DNA of 60,223 bases, the filler included, from Streblomastix strix (Eukaryota), in the NCBI GenBank assembly GCA_008636045.1. It is 3 parts of 3 records of this genome, joined end to end, with 100 filler letters (N's around TTAATTAATTAA, not from the genome) between each part and the next. Parts side by side here need not be neighbours in the genome. Positions count along the whole stretch, not along the records: positions 1 to 20,009 come from SNRW01000468.1; positions 20,110 to 40,118 come from SNRW01000469.1; 1 more part is not named here. One strand, given 5' to 3'. The notes under the pieces were generated by a model. The model ran no database searches. It had not been told where the DNA came from and worked only from the letters and a program-made list of their open reading frames with translations. A program made the translations under genes and the position numbers. This document shows positions 13,201 through 25,199 of the stretch, piece by piece. The stretch's first letter is position 1; every line of letters starts with the position of its first letter.

Positions 13201-15921
13201 AAATGTTGAATCCATCTCCTGAACATAGACTTAGTTGTAAGTATGCTAAGAATTTATAAAGATTTTATTTAATTAGAAATAATAGGTTAAATTTTTTCAT
13301 ATTTCTTAATTATATTTTGAAGATAAGCGCTTGATCATCCTTATTTCAAAATACCACCAACTCTTCGCTCTATTCCTATGTAAGGATAATATTAAAAATA
13401 AGATAAATAATAATATTAATAATAAAAATAATAAGATAAAAAATTAAAGAAAAAATAATAAAAAGAAAAGTAGAAAGATAAATAATAAGAGGAACAATAA
13501 GATTAAGAATAAGATTAAGAATAAGAAAAAGAACAAAGATAAGAATAAGATAAAGAACTATTGAAAGAATAAGTTGTATAAAAAAATAAAGAAAAAAAGA
13601 AAATAATTTATTAAAAATTAAAATAACAATAAAATATATAATTTGATGAAGAATTTAATAAAGAATTTGAAAAAGAACTAGAGTAAGAATTGATGAAAGA
13701 ATTAGAAGAAGAATTATAGAAAGAATTAGAAAAAGAAAAAGAATAAAAATAAGAATATGAAGCAGGAAAAGAATTTGAAAAACATTAATAGAAAGAATAA
13801 ATGATAGAATAAAAATAAGAGTAAGAATATTTTTAAGAGAAAGAATAAGAATAAATGAAAGAATAAGATATAGATTTAGAAATAGAATATGAGACAAAAT
13901 AAGAGATAGAATAAGATAAATAATAAGAGAATTAATAAGAGATAGAAATAGAAATAGAGAAAGAATAAGAGTAAAAATTTAAATTTTAATAAAATAAAGA
14001 GTAAAAGAAAGAATAGTAGAAAAAATAAATATAAAAATAAAAGAAAAAATAAGATAAAGAATTAGAATAAGAGAAAGAATAAGAATAAGAGAAAAAATAA
14101 GAATAAGAATAAAATAAAGATTAAAAGAAGAAATAATAGAAAGAATAAAAAGAAGAATAAATAAAAGTATAAATAAAATAATTATAGAAAGGATAAATAT
14201 AATCTAATGAATATTAATAAAAGAAAGAATTAGAGATAGAATAAAAGAAAGAATAAAAGAAAGAATATGATAAAGAATAAGAGAAAAAATAAGAGAAAGA
14301 ATATGAATAATTGAAACAATAAAAGAAAGAATAAGAACAAGTAAAAGAATTAAAATAAAAGAAAGAATAAAAGAATAAATAAGAGAAAGAATAATAGAAA
14401 GAATAAAAGAAAGAATAAACATAAGAATAAAAGAAAGAATAAGAATAATAGAAAAAATAAAAAAAATAGAAATAATAAGAATAAGAGAAAAAATAAGTTA
14501 AAGAAATAGAAAATTTAATTGAAAAAGAAAAATTAAAAGAAGAAATGAAAAAGAAAGTGGAATTTAATTAACAATAAATAAATTTAGACTAAAAAATTAT
14601 CGATTCAGACATTGAAATAATAAAGAATGAAAAGAAATAAAAAGAATAAGTATTAAAGCAAAAATAATAATAAGAAAATTAATAAAAGAAAGAATAAAAG
14701 AAAGAATAATAATAAAAAAAAGAATAAGAATAAGAATTAGAGAAATAATAATAAAAAGAATAAAAGAAAGAATTAGAGAAAAAATAAAAGAAAGAATAAG
14801 AATAAAAATAAGAGAAAGAATAAAAGAAAGAATATGCGAGAGAATAATAGTAATAATAAAAGTAATAGAAGGAAAATAGAAAAGAAAAAGAAAACATTCT
14901 AATATAATAGGAGGAATTCAAAGATAAACATAAAAAAATTTATAATAATTAAATTGATTAAATAGGTAAATAAATAAATAAAAATTTTAATTAATTTGTA
15001 TAAGAATACAAAAAAGAGAAAGAATATTAAAAGAAAGGCGACATTAAAAAAGAATCTGAAATAAAAATAAAGGAAAGAAAGAGCAATGAATAAGATAATA
15101 AAAAGTCTTAATATAAAGAAAAATAAAAAAAATATATGAAAAATGCTAATAAATTTAGAAACAATATTAAATTAAAGAAATAAAATGATTAAGATTTAAT
15201 TACATTTTTAGATTTGAATGAAGGAATTTCAAAAGTTAAATAAAAATAATCGAAAATAAAGAAATATTAAAAATCTAAGATAAAGAAATCAAATCAAAAG
15301 GATAAAGACGACGATGAAGATGATTCTGAAAGTTCAAATAGTTCTTCTTCATCTTATTCTTCTTCTTCTTCATCTTCTTCATCTTCATCATCATTTTCTT
15401 CATCGTCTTCTTCATCTTCATCGTCTTCCCAAGAATAATCACCAGATTTATATCCAGAAATTATATTTCAAACTCCTCAATCTCAATTCTCAAGTTTCAC
15501 AGGAAATACATATGCAACGAGTCATCGTGGATCACCATCACAAGACTTCAGTGAAAAATCAAGTTTGAGTTCATTTCGAAGTGAAAGATCTGAAATGGCT
15601 CTATCTGAGTTTGAATCTTATTCGGATGAAAATAAAAAAGAAAAAGAAAATGAATTCATTCCAACCGAATTTGAAATAAAGATGTATAAAAAATATGCGA
15701 AGTTTATGGTTTGATACTAATAATATTTAAATATGTTTCAATTTTTATAAATATATTGAATTATTTCAGTATTTTTTTACTATTATTATATTATTCAATA
15801 GTATCCTGATGAAGATATTGAATAAATAAGTTAAGATGATGATTAATAATCAAAAGATGATTAGAGTAGAAACACATAAGAATAAAATAAAAATAGGAAA
15901 GAGAAAGGTAATGATGAATGA
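10271..15921 (+). CDS. Multi-intron gene: MG-start (possible myristoylation), PP5/PPEF-like PPP phosphatase domain, kinase C-lobe, long EKQ coiled coil, Ser-rich/acidic tail
   Basis: GDIHG (10950), GNYVDFG, LRGNHE, HGGL, LWSDP, IRSHE, TIFSAP. Then kinase motifs APE, KADVWSVGVIFYQLLSG, LPF, MLNPSPEHR, HPYF. More than 1.5 kb of GAA/TAA/AAA/TAG codons follows. TGA at 15919-15921. Confidence 0.8.
11397..11480. repeat. 25-bp tandem repeat x3.3 (TTACATTCCATAAATTTATATAATT) inside an intron
   Basis: Three exact copies read directly from the sequence. Confidence 0.9.
13013..13105. repeat. ~27-bp AT-rich tandem repeat in an intron
   Basis: TTTAAATTAATTTTATTT.AATTTATC repeated about 3 times with variants. 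Confidence 0.7.
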
Positions 15922-16937
15922 AAACTAATGAAGTTTTATAATTTATTTATAATAATTTTCTACTCAATAATATTATTGATCTAAGTTGCGAATATATTTA
16001 ATTCTATTTTATTACTTATATTTATCATGCACTGTAAAAATAAAAGTCTATTATTATTTGCTTATTGTGTTGTTGAATTCGTAAAATTTCATAAAAATTC
16101 CCATTTTTTGCTATACATAAACAGAATTCATTAATATATGTTTATATATTTAACAATATATATTCAAATCACATCAAACTATTATATTTTTATTATTTAA
16201 CATTACAATCAAATAGGGCTGTTAAATTTGTAAAACAATTCACTAATTCAAAAGCAGTTGACAAATTAAATTCACGATATAGATGTTTGAATTTGATATA
16301 AGTGATAATTGAGAAGGGAACTCAAGTATTGAATAATAAATTGCTGATTAAACAGAAAGAATTGGAGAATTTGTCAACACTGTATTGCTGTGCTGGTGGA
16401 GACAGCAATATTGATTATATGATTTCAGCATCAATTGAATGTTTTTAATATATTTAAAAAATCCATATTGATAAAAACAAAAAAGAAGAAGATGATTCAC
16501 TTCTTTTCCTTTACGATATAAGAAGATATGTTGATAAAGAATAAAAAATATAAAAATATTTAAACTTAATTGACTATGAATGAAGATTGAAGTTTGCATT
16601 TTTGGAAGAATGCATATATTTCAATAAAAAATATAATTGCAAAATTTTCATATTTTTTGTGATTTAATTTTAATTATAAACTTGAAAAAAGAAAAGTTCA
16701 ATTAAAAATCCAAATGCCCATTTTAATCTTCAATTTAAATCTAATTTCATATTTTATTAACATTTTGCATTTGATGATTTTGTTTATGATTAATATATTT
16801 CCTTAGATTAAACTAAAAATCAATTAAAATAGCATAATTGAATAATATATTAATAAATCATAACAATATTCATGACAAATACTTATAAATCCGAAATAAT
16901 TCAAATTATTTATTTTTTTTATCATTAGAAAACACAA

Positions 16938-17137
16938 ATGGGTAACGACGAATCTTCAGATAACACAGATATAGACTACAGGCGCAGAGCTGATGAGTAG
17001 TACGCCGAATACATTCGCGATAAGAAGAAAAAAGAAGAGGAGGAAGATTAAGATCGGAAAAATAAAGAATGGAGGGCAGAAAAAAAGCATAAGATGACTA
17101 GGACGAAGCAAGAAGGAGGTAACAAGATGGTTACTGA
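16938..17137 (+). CDS. Small charged hypothetical protein (MGNDESSDNTDIDYRRRADEQYAEYIRDKKKKEEEEDQ...)
   Basis: GC-richer coding-like island with an MG start. The 3' end is uncertain: a possible homopolymer slip at ~17085 would give ...QDDQDEARRRQQDGY-TGA. Confidence 0.45.
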
Positions 17138-17614
17138 GTCTGATAAGAACAATTAAAAGATCTAGAATACAGATAATGTTGACAAAGAATGGTTATAACA
17201 GAAACATTCAAAATGTAGGATTATCCGATTTTGTTTAACTCATATGATCTCTTAGTTTATTTAAATATATGGTGAAATTGTTAAATTTTTGTATTTGAAT
17301 GGATAATAAATATAAATATTTTAAAATACGATTGAAAATTTAATATTGTTTAATTTTAAAACGAGAAAAGATGATGATGCGATTTAATTTGCAAGGTTCT
17401 GAAAGATTTAATGGAATTAAAGAAAATTGAAGAAATTATTATGAAAATTCAAAAGTGGAAAGTTACTGAGTTTAGAGGATTTTGAATGACAATTGAAGTT
17501 TGCATAATAGGAAGAGTGTATATTTCAAAAAAATATAAATAATAAATTTAATATTAAAATTTATAGGATTAAAAATAATTTTTTTCATTTATTTAATATA
17601 TTTAAAGTTAAATT

Positions 17615-19927
17615 TCAATTTTATTACTATTTCTAATCTTCTTTGGTATAAACACCAGCTGCCAATATTAAGTATTTCTTTTCATCTTCTTTCTTTTCAT
17701 CTTAATCTTTCCTTTTTTCATATATTTCATGAAATTATATGCATCGAACATCAGTTCTTCTTGTATGAAAGCTATTCACAAGATACTGATTCAAGTCAAA
17801 GTATTGTTTGTTATCTCTTTTGGTCAATATCGAATGCAAGTCAAATATATCTATCAAACTATCAGATCTATTATTATTGAATATCGAATGAAAAATAAAA
17901 TAAATAATATTTCAATTTCAATCATTGTTTCATTTGAATCATTATATTTAATAATAATCTAATTTCATACCCTCCAACAGCCAACAGATTACCATCTGCA
18001 CTTGCAGCAACAGCCCAAATTGGTGAATTTCTTTTTATCTCTTTTTCATTCTCTTATTCATTTATATTCTATTTCTTATCCGATTATAATTTCTATTTAT
18101 CCTTAATTTGATTTTTCCCTTCATCAAATGTTGATCTTCGTCCAATCAGTGCAATTCCTGTTCCTGCATCCCATATCCAGATCCCACCCTTTAATGTAAT
18201 TATGAGAATCAATGTTATAAATAATAGTTTAATAAAGTTAAATTAATAATTATTATATTATCTAATTTTATTATCAAAAATATTATTTAATATTTATAAT
18301 ACAAACTTTATCATCAGCTGATATGGCAATCAAAGGTGATCGTGGAATTTCATCAAATTAAGAATCAATTTCATCTTTTTCCATTTTTGAGTTATATTCT
18401 TAATTTGAATCTTTCTCTTTCTATTTCACAATAATTTCTTTGTTCAATACAAAAGAAATTGCAGTTATTGCTGAATTGTGATTCGTGAATATCGAAATCA
18501 ACTCTCCAGTCTCAATATTCCATATTCTGACTGATTTATCTGATGACCCAGATGCAATGATATGTGGATATTGAGATTATTATTATTATTATTATTTGCT
18601 TTATTGATTTGATTATAAAGATGAAGATTATTATGATTATTATTATGATTATGAATATATTTAATCTCTGTTGATATCTGAATTTTTCCATTTGAGAAAC
18701 TCAGTTGAAAGATTTAAAGGAACAAATTCAACAACTTCAACAGAGCAAAGATGGCCAGATAGAATACGGATTGGTTGGGTATGATGATATATTGGAGTGT
18801 CAATTGTATTGGAATTTGATTCATTTTATTATTATTTATTTGATTATGATTTAAATTGTGCATTTATTTAGTTATTTTCATTTTCATTCAATTCAATTCC
18901 ACCAACATTCGCAAATACTTCAATAGTTCCATCTCCACATCCAGAACCAACAAACAATCCATCTTCACTCAAAGACATTGACAAAATTCCTTTCCCACAA
19001 ATTCCAATACCATTTCTTGTATCTTTTAATCCTCTGTTTGTGTGACAACTGAAAAGTGAAATGAGTTTGTGTTGTCCTAAAAGTGCATTCTGTCTGATTG
19101 TACCATCTAATGAACATGTCAGAATAACAGGGAATGAATGTTATTGAGAAATAGATTAAATAGATTAAATATATTAAATAGATTGAATAAAAGAAGAAGA
19201 AGAAGATTATGATGAAGAAAATGAAGAAATTTATTTATATTTGTTATTCATTTTCTATTATTAGATATTCTCTATATTAACATTTCCAAATAAACATCGA
19301 ATGACTGGTGCTGAATGTCCAGTAATTAGACAATGCTTCACATATTTGTCTCTTTCTGATGAGAGAAGAGAAGACTATTATTATTAACTTGATTATGATT
19401 ATAAGTTTGTTTATTAATATTGTTGTTATTATTATATTTAGTTCTGAACATCTTTATTTATGTCCCAAACTTCAGTTGTACTGTCTGTTTTGGCAATTGC
19501 GATGAATCTGCCATCTTTACTTATGGAAATGTCTGTAACTCTAAATTAATTAATATAAATAGGATAATAAATAATAAATAAATATGTATATAATAGTTTA
19601 TTATATATAATGAATATTATTAAAAATTATTATATAGATATAATTATTAAATACAATAATAATTATTACAAACATTTCAAGTGTATTGAAGAATGTGAAG
19701 AAACAAACTGAAGGAAGCGAAGATTTAATTTGAATTGCATATCTCTATTATTATGATGATGATTATTAAGTAATTTCTGTATCTAAATCAATATCCATCT
19801 ATTTCTTATTTATATCCAAAATAGTTTCATTATTCTGTGAATTCTGAATTTATTCCTATTTATTTTCTTTTTATTTCAAGTTAATAAAATTTTCAATTAA
19901 ATGATTCGATGTAATTTTCTTTCTCAT
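17615..19927 (-). CDS. TAF5: TFIID subunit 5-like WD40 protein, 5'-partial, 2 introns (~18190-18308, ~19542-19673)
   Basis: LPSVCFFTFFNT resembles the TAF5 pre-WD signature. WD repeats GHSAPV, CSLDGTIR, GHLCSVEVVEF, SGSSDKSVRIWN, WIWDAGTG, PIWAVAASADGNLLAVGG. C-terminal FHTRRTDV...YLILAAGVY. Poly-Q/S insertions. TGA at 17615. Confidence 0.75.
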
Positions 19928-20009
19928 TTTGGATGCTTTTCATTTATAAATATTAATAATTGAATATGAAATTAAAACTAAATTAAAATATCAATAAATT
20001 TATTAATAA

Positions 20010-20109
20010 NNNNNNNNNNNNNNNNNNNNNNNNNNNNNNNNNNNNNNNNNNNNTTAATTAATTAANNNNNNNNNNNNNNNNNNNNNNNNNNNNNNNNNNN
20101 NNNNNNNNN
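20010..20109. other. Artificial contig-joining linker
   Basis: N44-TTAATTAATTAA-N44. An identical linker lies at 40119-40218. Confidence 0.97.
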
Positions 20110-22650
20110 TACAAAGCTATGCCATTTTGGACTAAGCACAGTTCAATTTTCATCGCAGAAGAAATAGAATCAATTCTCAGACAAATATAAATACACTCTT
20201 AGATTATTATACTTAAATACTGCGACGACGTTTCTCTAATCTACTAAGACAAACAAATACTTAAAACACAAACAATAGAAATTATGAAAACATTTGAACA
20301 ATTCGGAAGGACAATATCAACAGAGAAACGAGAAACAAAAGCGAAATAAATAATATCATTCTTGAGATGGATATGGAACTTGAGAGAAATGAATATAAGA
20401 ATGTTAGAAGAGAGAAAATTTAAAATGATTTAAGCACTCAAAGACTAGTGCAACATGATACATAAAAGTAAATGCGTGAATATAAGATAATTTGCCGTGC
20501 TGATTGGCAGTAAAAACTTCTTTAGACCCTAGATAAAAAAGCATCTCTATATCTAAAGTTTTAAGATAAAAAGAAGATATAAACATTTAAGACAAAGTTA
20601 TGTGATGAGACTATGATAATAAATAAGGGAGTGTTTAGAAAACCGAAGTAGTGAATAAGGTGAATAGGAGATTATTGACTAGAATCATTGATTCATAAAA
20701 CAATAACATGCATGTAAACGATAGAATCGTAACCATAAGGCTGGGAAGCTATATTGATATACGAGAACCAAATAGAATTAATATAACACGATTTTTGGAC
20801 CGAGAAGGAAATAGTAATGACATGTAACCATAACGAAATTAAGGCTGTGTAATACAGTCTACATTGTATCGAATAAGTCTTCAAGAGTATGCAATATCGG
20901 GTAATCTTAACAAGATCTGATAACACAACAGCAGTCTACGTTCTTGGAAAATGGAAAACGAACGAATCTCTGATAGAAAGAATTATGCAGGTACTTTTCC
21001 ATGTGAAAAGACTTCAATTATAAATCACAACAATTCACATCCAAGGGAAACTAAACTCAACAACAGATTCACTCTCGAGACTGTGCAGACCGAGGAACTA
21101 CGCACTGAAGGATTGAACAGTTTACATGAACTTTAAGACATGGAACTACATGGCGCAGATAGATATATTCGTCATATAATGTAATAAACTAATCAACAAA
21201 TGTATTATAGTGGTCCTAAATGATCTTTGTAGAAACTTCCATAACGCTTTCAATTTCTAGTGGAACATAGTCAAATTATAGATCCACCCACCAATACCAG
21301 TATTAAATAGAGTTTTATAGTAAATGAGATAAGATAAAGCACAGGGAAAAATAGCTCAGATTTGGCTGAGGTAATCATTGTTCTTCAAACTAAATAATTT
21401 ATCCATGAATATGTTACTGTCTTCCTTCTGAACCTGTCACAAGCGTAAGAAGAGACTTACTTATGAGATTCATGAATATGAGGAGTTGTTCTGACGAAGG
21501 AGTTAATTTATTATTTACCAACGTACGATTTAACACAGTTAAAAGAGATTTTTACTCCTTAATATTTCAACAAAATTGGTTATATTTAGAAAGAATAACA
21601 AATGAAGAAACGATGAAAAGAGATGCTAAAGTAACACTGATAGAAGTAGTTGCATTCTATATGAAATAGAACAACTCAGTTTCATCTGCAAAATCACATA
21701 AAGCTTGTCTAACAATAATGATATCCCTCATATATAAAGAAAACTTAGCATCTTCAACAATCTCAAAACTAATTAAAATAGCATTAGCAAATGCATCAAT
21801 ACCACATAGAAATTATCAAAATATTTGGAACATATAAATTCTATTCAACTATTGGGAATAATCAATACAAAACAAATATTTAAATAACTATGACTTACAG
21901 ATAAAAATCGCCTCTTTACTGATGTCAATATGCGTCTTCAGACAAAATGAATTAGTTGAAATTTGACTTAAATTCTCGAATGTTAACAAAATAGAAACCC
22001 AAGAATCATTAAGAATAGCACCAAAACAAACGAATGCGATAGAAAAATACGAAGTACATGAAACAAAAAATGAAAAACTAAGTCCAAAACGGGAAATATA
22101 TGAATGGATCAATAGGCATAAGAAGCAGTTTTTGAATGGCACTAACCTTTTTTTGTGACGTAATAGTTCTAATAAACAAATAACTACAAAAGATATCTGT
22201 CTACAACTTACAAAACTATTAAAATAGTTGAAGATATTAGTAGCATCGGCATATTCAATATGATATTCAGCAATTACAGAGTTGGCAAAGCTATGTATCG
22301 CTGAAAGAGATCTCGCTACATTTAATTATCACTCGCATTACTCATGTACCATCTAATAATACTTTATTTTCGCATCATCAACAAGAGACAATGACACAGT
22401 AAGATAATTCACATAGAATCTAGGCTAAGACAATTAAAGGTCAAACTAGGTATCTCAATAAAGAAGTGAGACAAAGAGAAAAGGTGATAACTAATTATTA
22501 TCCTCGTAATCTTTAGAGACAGGATAATGATTTATTGTCCTTGTATCTCCTTATCTAACCTCTGGCCCACCCAAAATATGTATCCCAACCCGAGGTGAAA
22601 TAGAAATGAGGAAAGAATTCCGCGGAGAACTGAAAGAATGATCAAGCAGA
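20110..22650 (+). mobile_element. Degenerate DIRS-type tyrosine-recombinase retrotransposon (RT end, RNase H, MTase-like domain, YR), 5'-truncated
   Basis: KYCDD (RT YxDD), RSDNTTAVY, HIQGKLNSTTDSLSRL (RNase H), IDIF...IHPPIPVLNRVL (MTase-like), AYSI*YSAITELAKL (YR). Many stops and frameshifts. Confidence 0.85.
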
Positions 22651-23899
22651 ATGATACTGATGGTTGGCTGGAGCGCATTGAATGATGATGGTGAGAAGAG
22701 TACATTCCATTATCAAAGTTCAGTAATTTAAATATAGTAGATTCTCGATAAGGGATGTCGCAAACGAGTTATATTGACAAATATGAAGAAGACATATACG
22801 AATGAGTGAAACTAAACCAATTATACAAGAATTTTTAAGCGAATATTGAAGTTATAACTCATTCAATTCTATATTTAATAGATTAAAAGTTATTGTTATT
22901 CAAATTTCAATCACATATAATTTAATGAATTATAATCCGCAATTTTACTTACATTTTTACTTTTCCACCAAAAATAAATATCTTTTCTTGTGATGAATTA
23001 GAAAAATTGTTTTATTCATAAATCATAATTCAACAAAAATACGTTAATCTGGTCATTTTAGTATGAACTTGTGTTTAAATAGTGTCCAATTTTGGAAATG
23101 GTCAATCTAATGCAGAAAACAATTATTTTTATAGATATATAAGGTAAATTTATTCATTTAATAACTTTGTATATTAATATAGAATTAAAATTTACATTAG
23201 CAATTGAATTATTTTTTTGTACAAATATTAGTTATTTAAATATAGTAATATAATAATAAAGATAAGAATATTTAAAAGAATTATTCAATTCTATTTAAAT
23301 AAAAATACTAATGAATTTAATCGAAAATTGAACAATGACTAATAATTTTATAATATAATGATTAAAATGCAATTATTCAATTAATTTTTAAAATTAAAAT
23401 AAATATATGTTCCAATTGTATATAACGCTTTTGCGACTCAGTTATTCTCCTATCAATACAAATGTTAGAAAATTTGTTTGTTTCATTTATATTCATTCAA
23501 TTGAAGTGATTTTACTTATATTTTTAATATTTAATCAAATTTGACGATAGTTTGTTAGATGATGAGTAGTAATATAAAACAGTTTCACCTTAATTTAATA
23601 TCTACTGTCAATTATTAAAGTAATTCTTTTAGCTGATTCGCTATACAATATTAAATATAGGGTAGCAATTAAAAAAAGAAAAAGAAAAAAACTTTAAGAA
23701 AAAATTAATAAACCTGATATTTCAACTGGAAAACCAACGAAATAAATAGAAGATGTAATTTTTAAAATAAATTACAGATTGTTGAGTTTTTGTTACAATT
23801 TAGCCAATGATTACTCAGAAATTTGAACGTTACGTATGGTTTTTATTCTATACGTACTATAAGATGATGAAATGTGGAAAAGATAATGTAAAAAAATGT

Positions 23900-25150
23900 C
23901 CGAGACTCTAATTCTATTTCTTTTCTTATTCACGTACGATCCGTGTTTCATATAGTAGAAATCTGCAATTTTCTTTTTCAACATCTTTTAAATTCCATAT
24001 CACTTACCTTTTCCTAATCGCTTTCTTAATTATAGTATTTTCATTTATTTTTTCTTTAATGTTATCCTTTATTCCATCGCATTTTCTTCTATTAGTCCGA
24101 ATTTCATTATCAGCAATTTGATATCTTCCAATAAAATCTTTCATGTCAATTGTTTCTCATTATTTCAAATATATCGCAGCTTAATCTTCCATTCTTGTTT
24201 CGAATTTATTCAATATCTTTATCGATTTCGAGGTTCTCAAAATTTTTGTTCTGACTTTTTTTATTATTCACCATTATTAATCAAATTGTTCCAAATTTTT
24301 AGCTTTTAAGTCTGCAACTATGTAAATCTGACTTTAGAAGAAGTTATTTTTTCAATTTTTTAGAACTTGTACTAGTCTTATTTCCTCAGGAGAGTTTATC
24401 AAACAAATCTTTAGTACCTGGGATAAATCTGCATTTTTTATCTAACTTTTAAAATTGTCCCTATATAGTTAAATGCATTAAAGCTTACTTTTCCTGATAT
24501 ACTTATTAGATTGTTGTCCTTCGTTTCCAATGGTATTGAGAGATATTTTTGATTGCTTTCGTAGATTTTTCATTGTCTTTATTGTTTCTATTTTAATCTA
24601 CAACATTTTTTTCTAAATAGGCCATTATTTTAAATCGAATTTTCTTTTCTTGAATACCTGCATCATCAATCCTTCTTGACGTATCATGAGGACTTTACGA
24701 ATTCTTTCCTTTTGATTTCGAATATTCTTTGAGATACTAGCATGTTATCCTAGAAGTGATATTCTTTCATATTGTATTGTTCATTTAATAGGTGATTATG
24801 TTGGTTGGTTTCATTATTGAATAGATTCTTTAAAACTTCCTAGATCATTAGAATTTGATCTTTATGATTATTGCATCATCTGTACGAGTTCATTGAAGGT
24901 TGAGGTTTACTCATACCTTGTTAGAATGGATTTAGTATTCATGAAAATTGGATCAGTTACAGTAGTGCAGAATAATATGTTGATTAGGCTGATTATTGCG
25001 TCTTCTGCAACGAACACATGAAGGTATTTTGTCTTTATATTTGCATTTTCTATCTTGGAAATTGAATATATAATAGATTATATCTCAAAATTAGATACTA
25101 GTCTAGTTATTGAAATTAGTATAATAGTATTAAAAAGGTAGAAATCAAGC
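23900..25150 (-). pseudogene. Possible gag/pol 5' remnant of a DIRS-like element interrupting the viral polB 5' end
   Basis: Degraded table-6 reading (VFVAEDAIISLINILF...TFNELVQMMQQSQRS; YLKQ*ETIDMKDFI), resembling the DIRS pre-RT segment. polB lacks its N-terminus at this junction. Confidence 0.3.
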
Positions 25151-25199
25151 TTTAGTGTGTTAGCCACCTTTGCAACGTCCTTATAATTCCCAAATTTAT

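Noticed and set aside
13655..14921. Hydrophobic minus-strand ORFs resembling membrane proteins
   Set aside because: Antisense shadows of the plus-strand E/K/Q coiled-coil tract.
20054..20065. TTAATTAATTAA palindrome within N runs (also 40163-40174)
   Set aside because: Synthetic all-frame-stop linker. Adjacency across it has no biological meaning.
22900..23400. KilA-N-like remnants (also 32430-32690)
   Set aside because: Only faint similarity (IQGKFIH; LRSTCFH) amid frameshifts, not supportable without a profile search.
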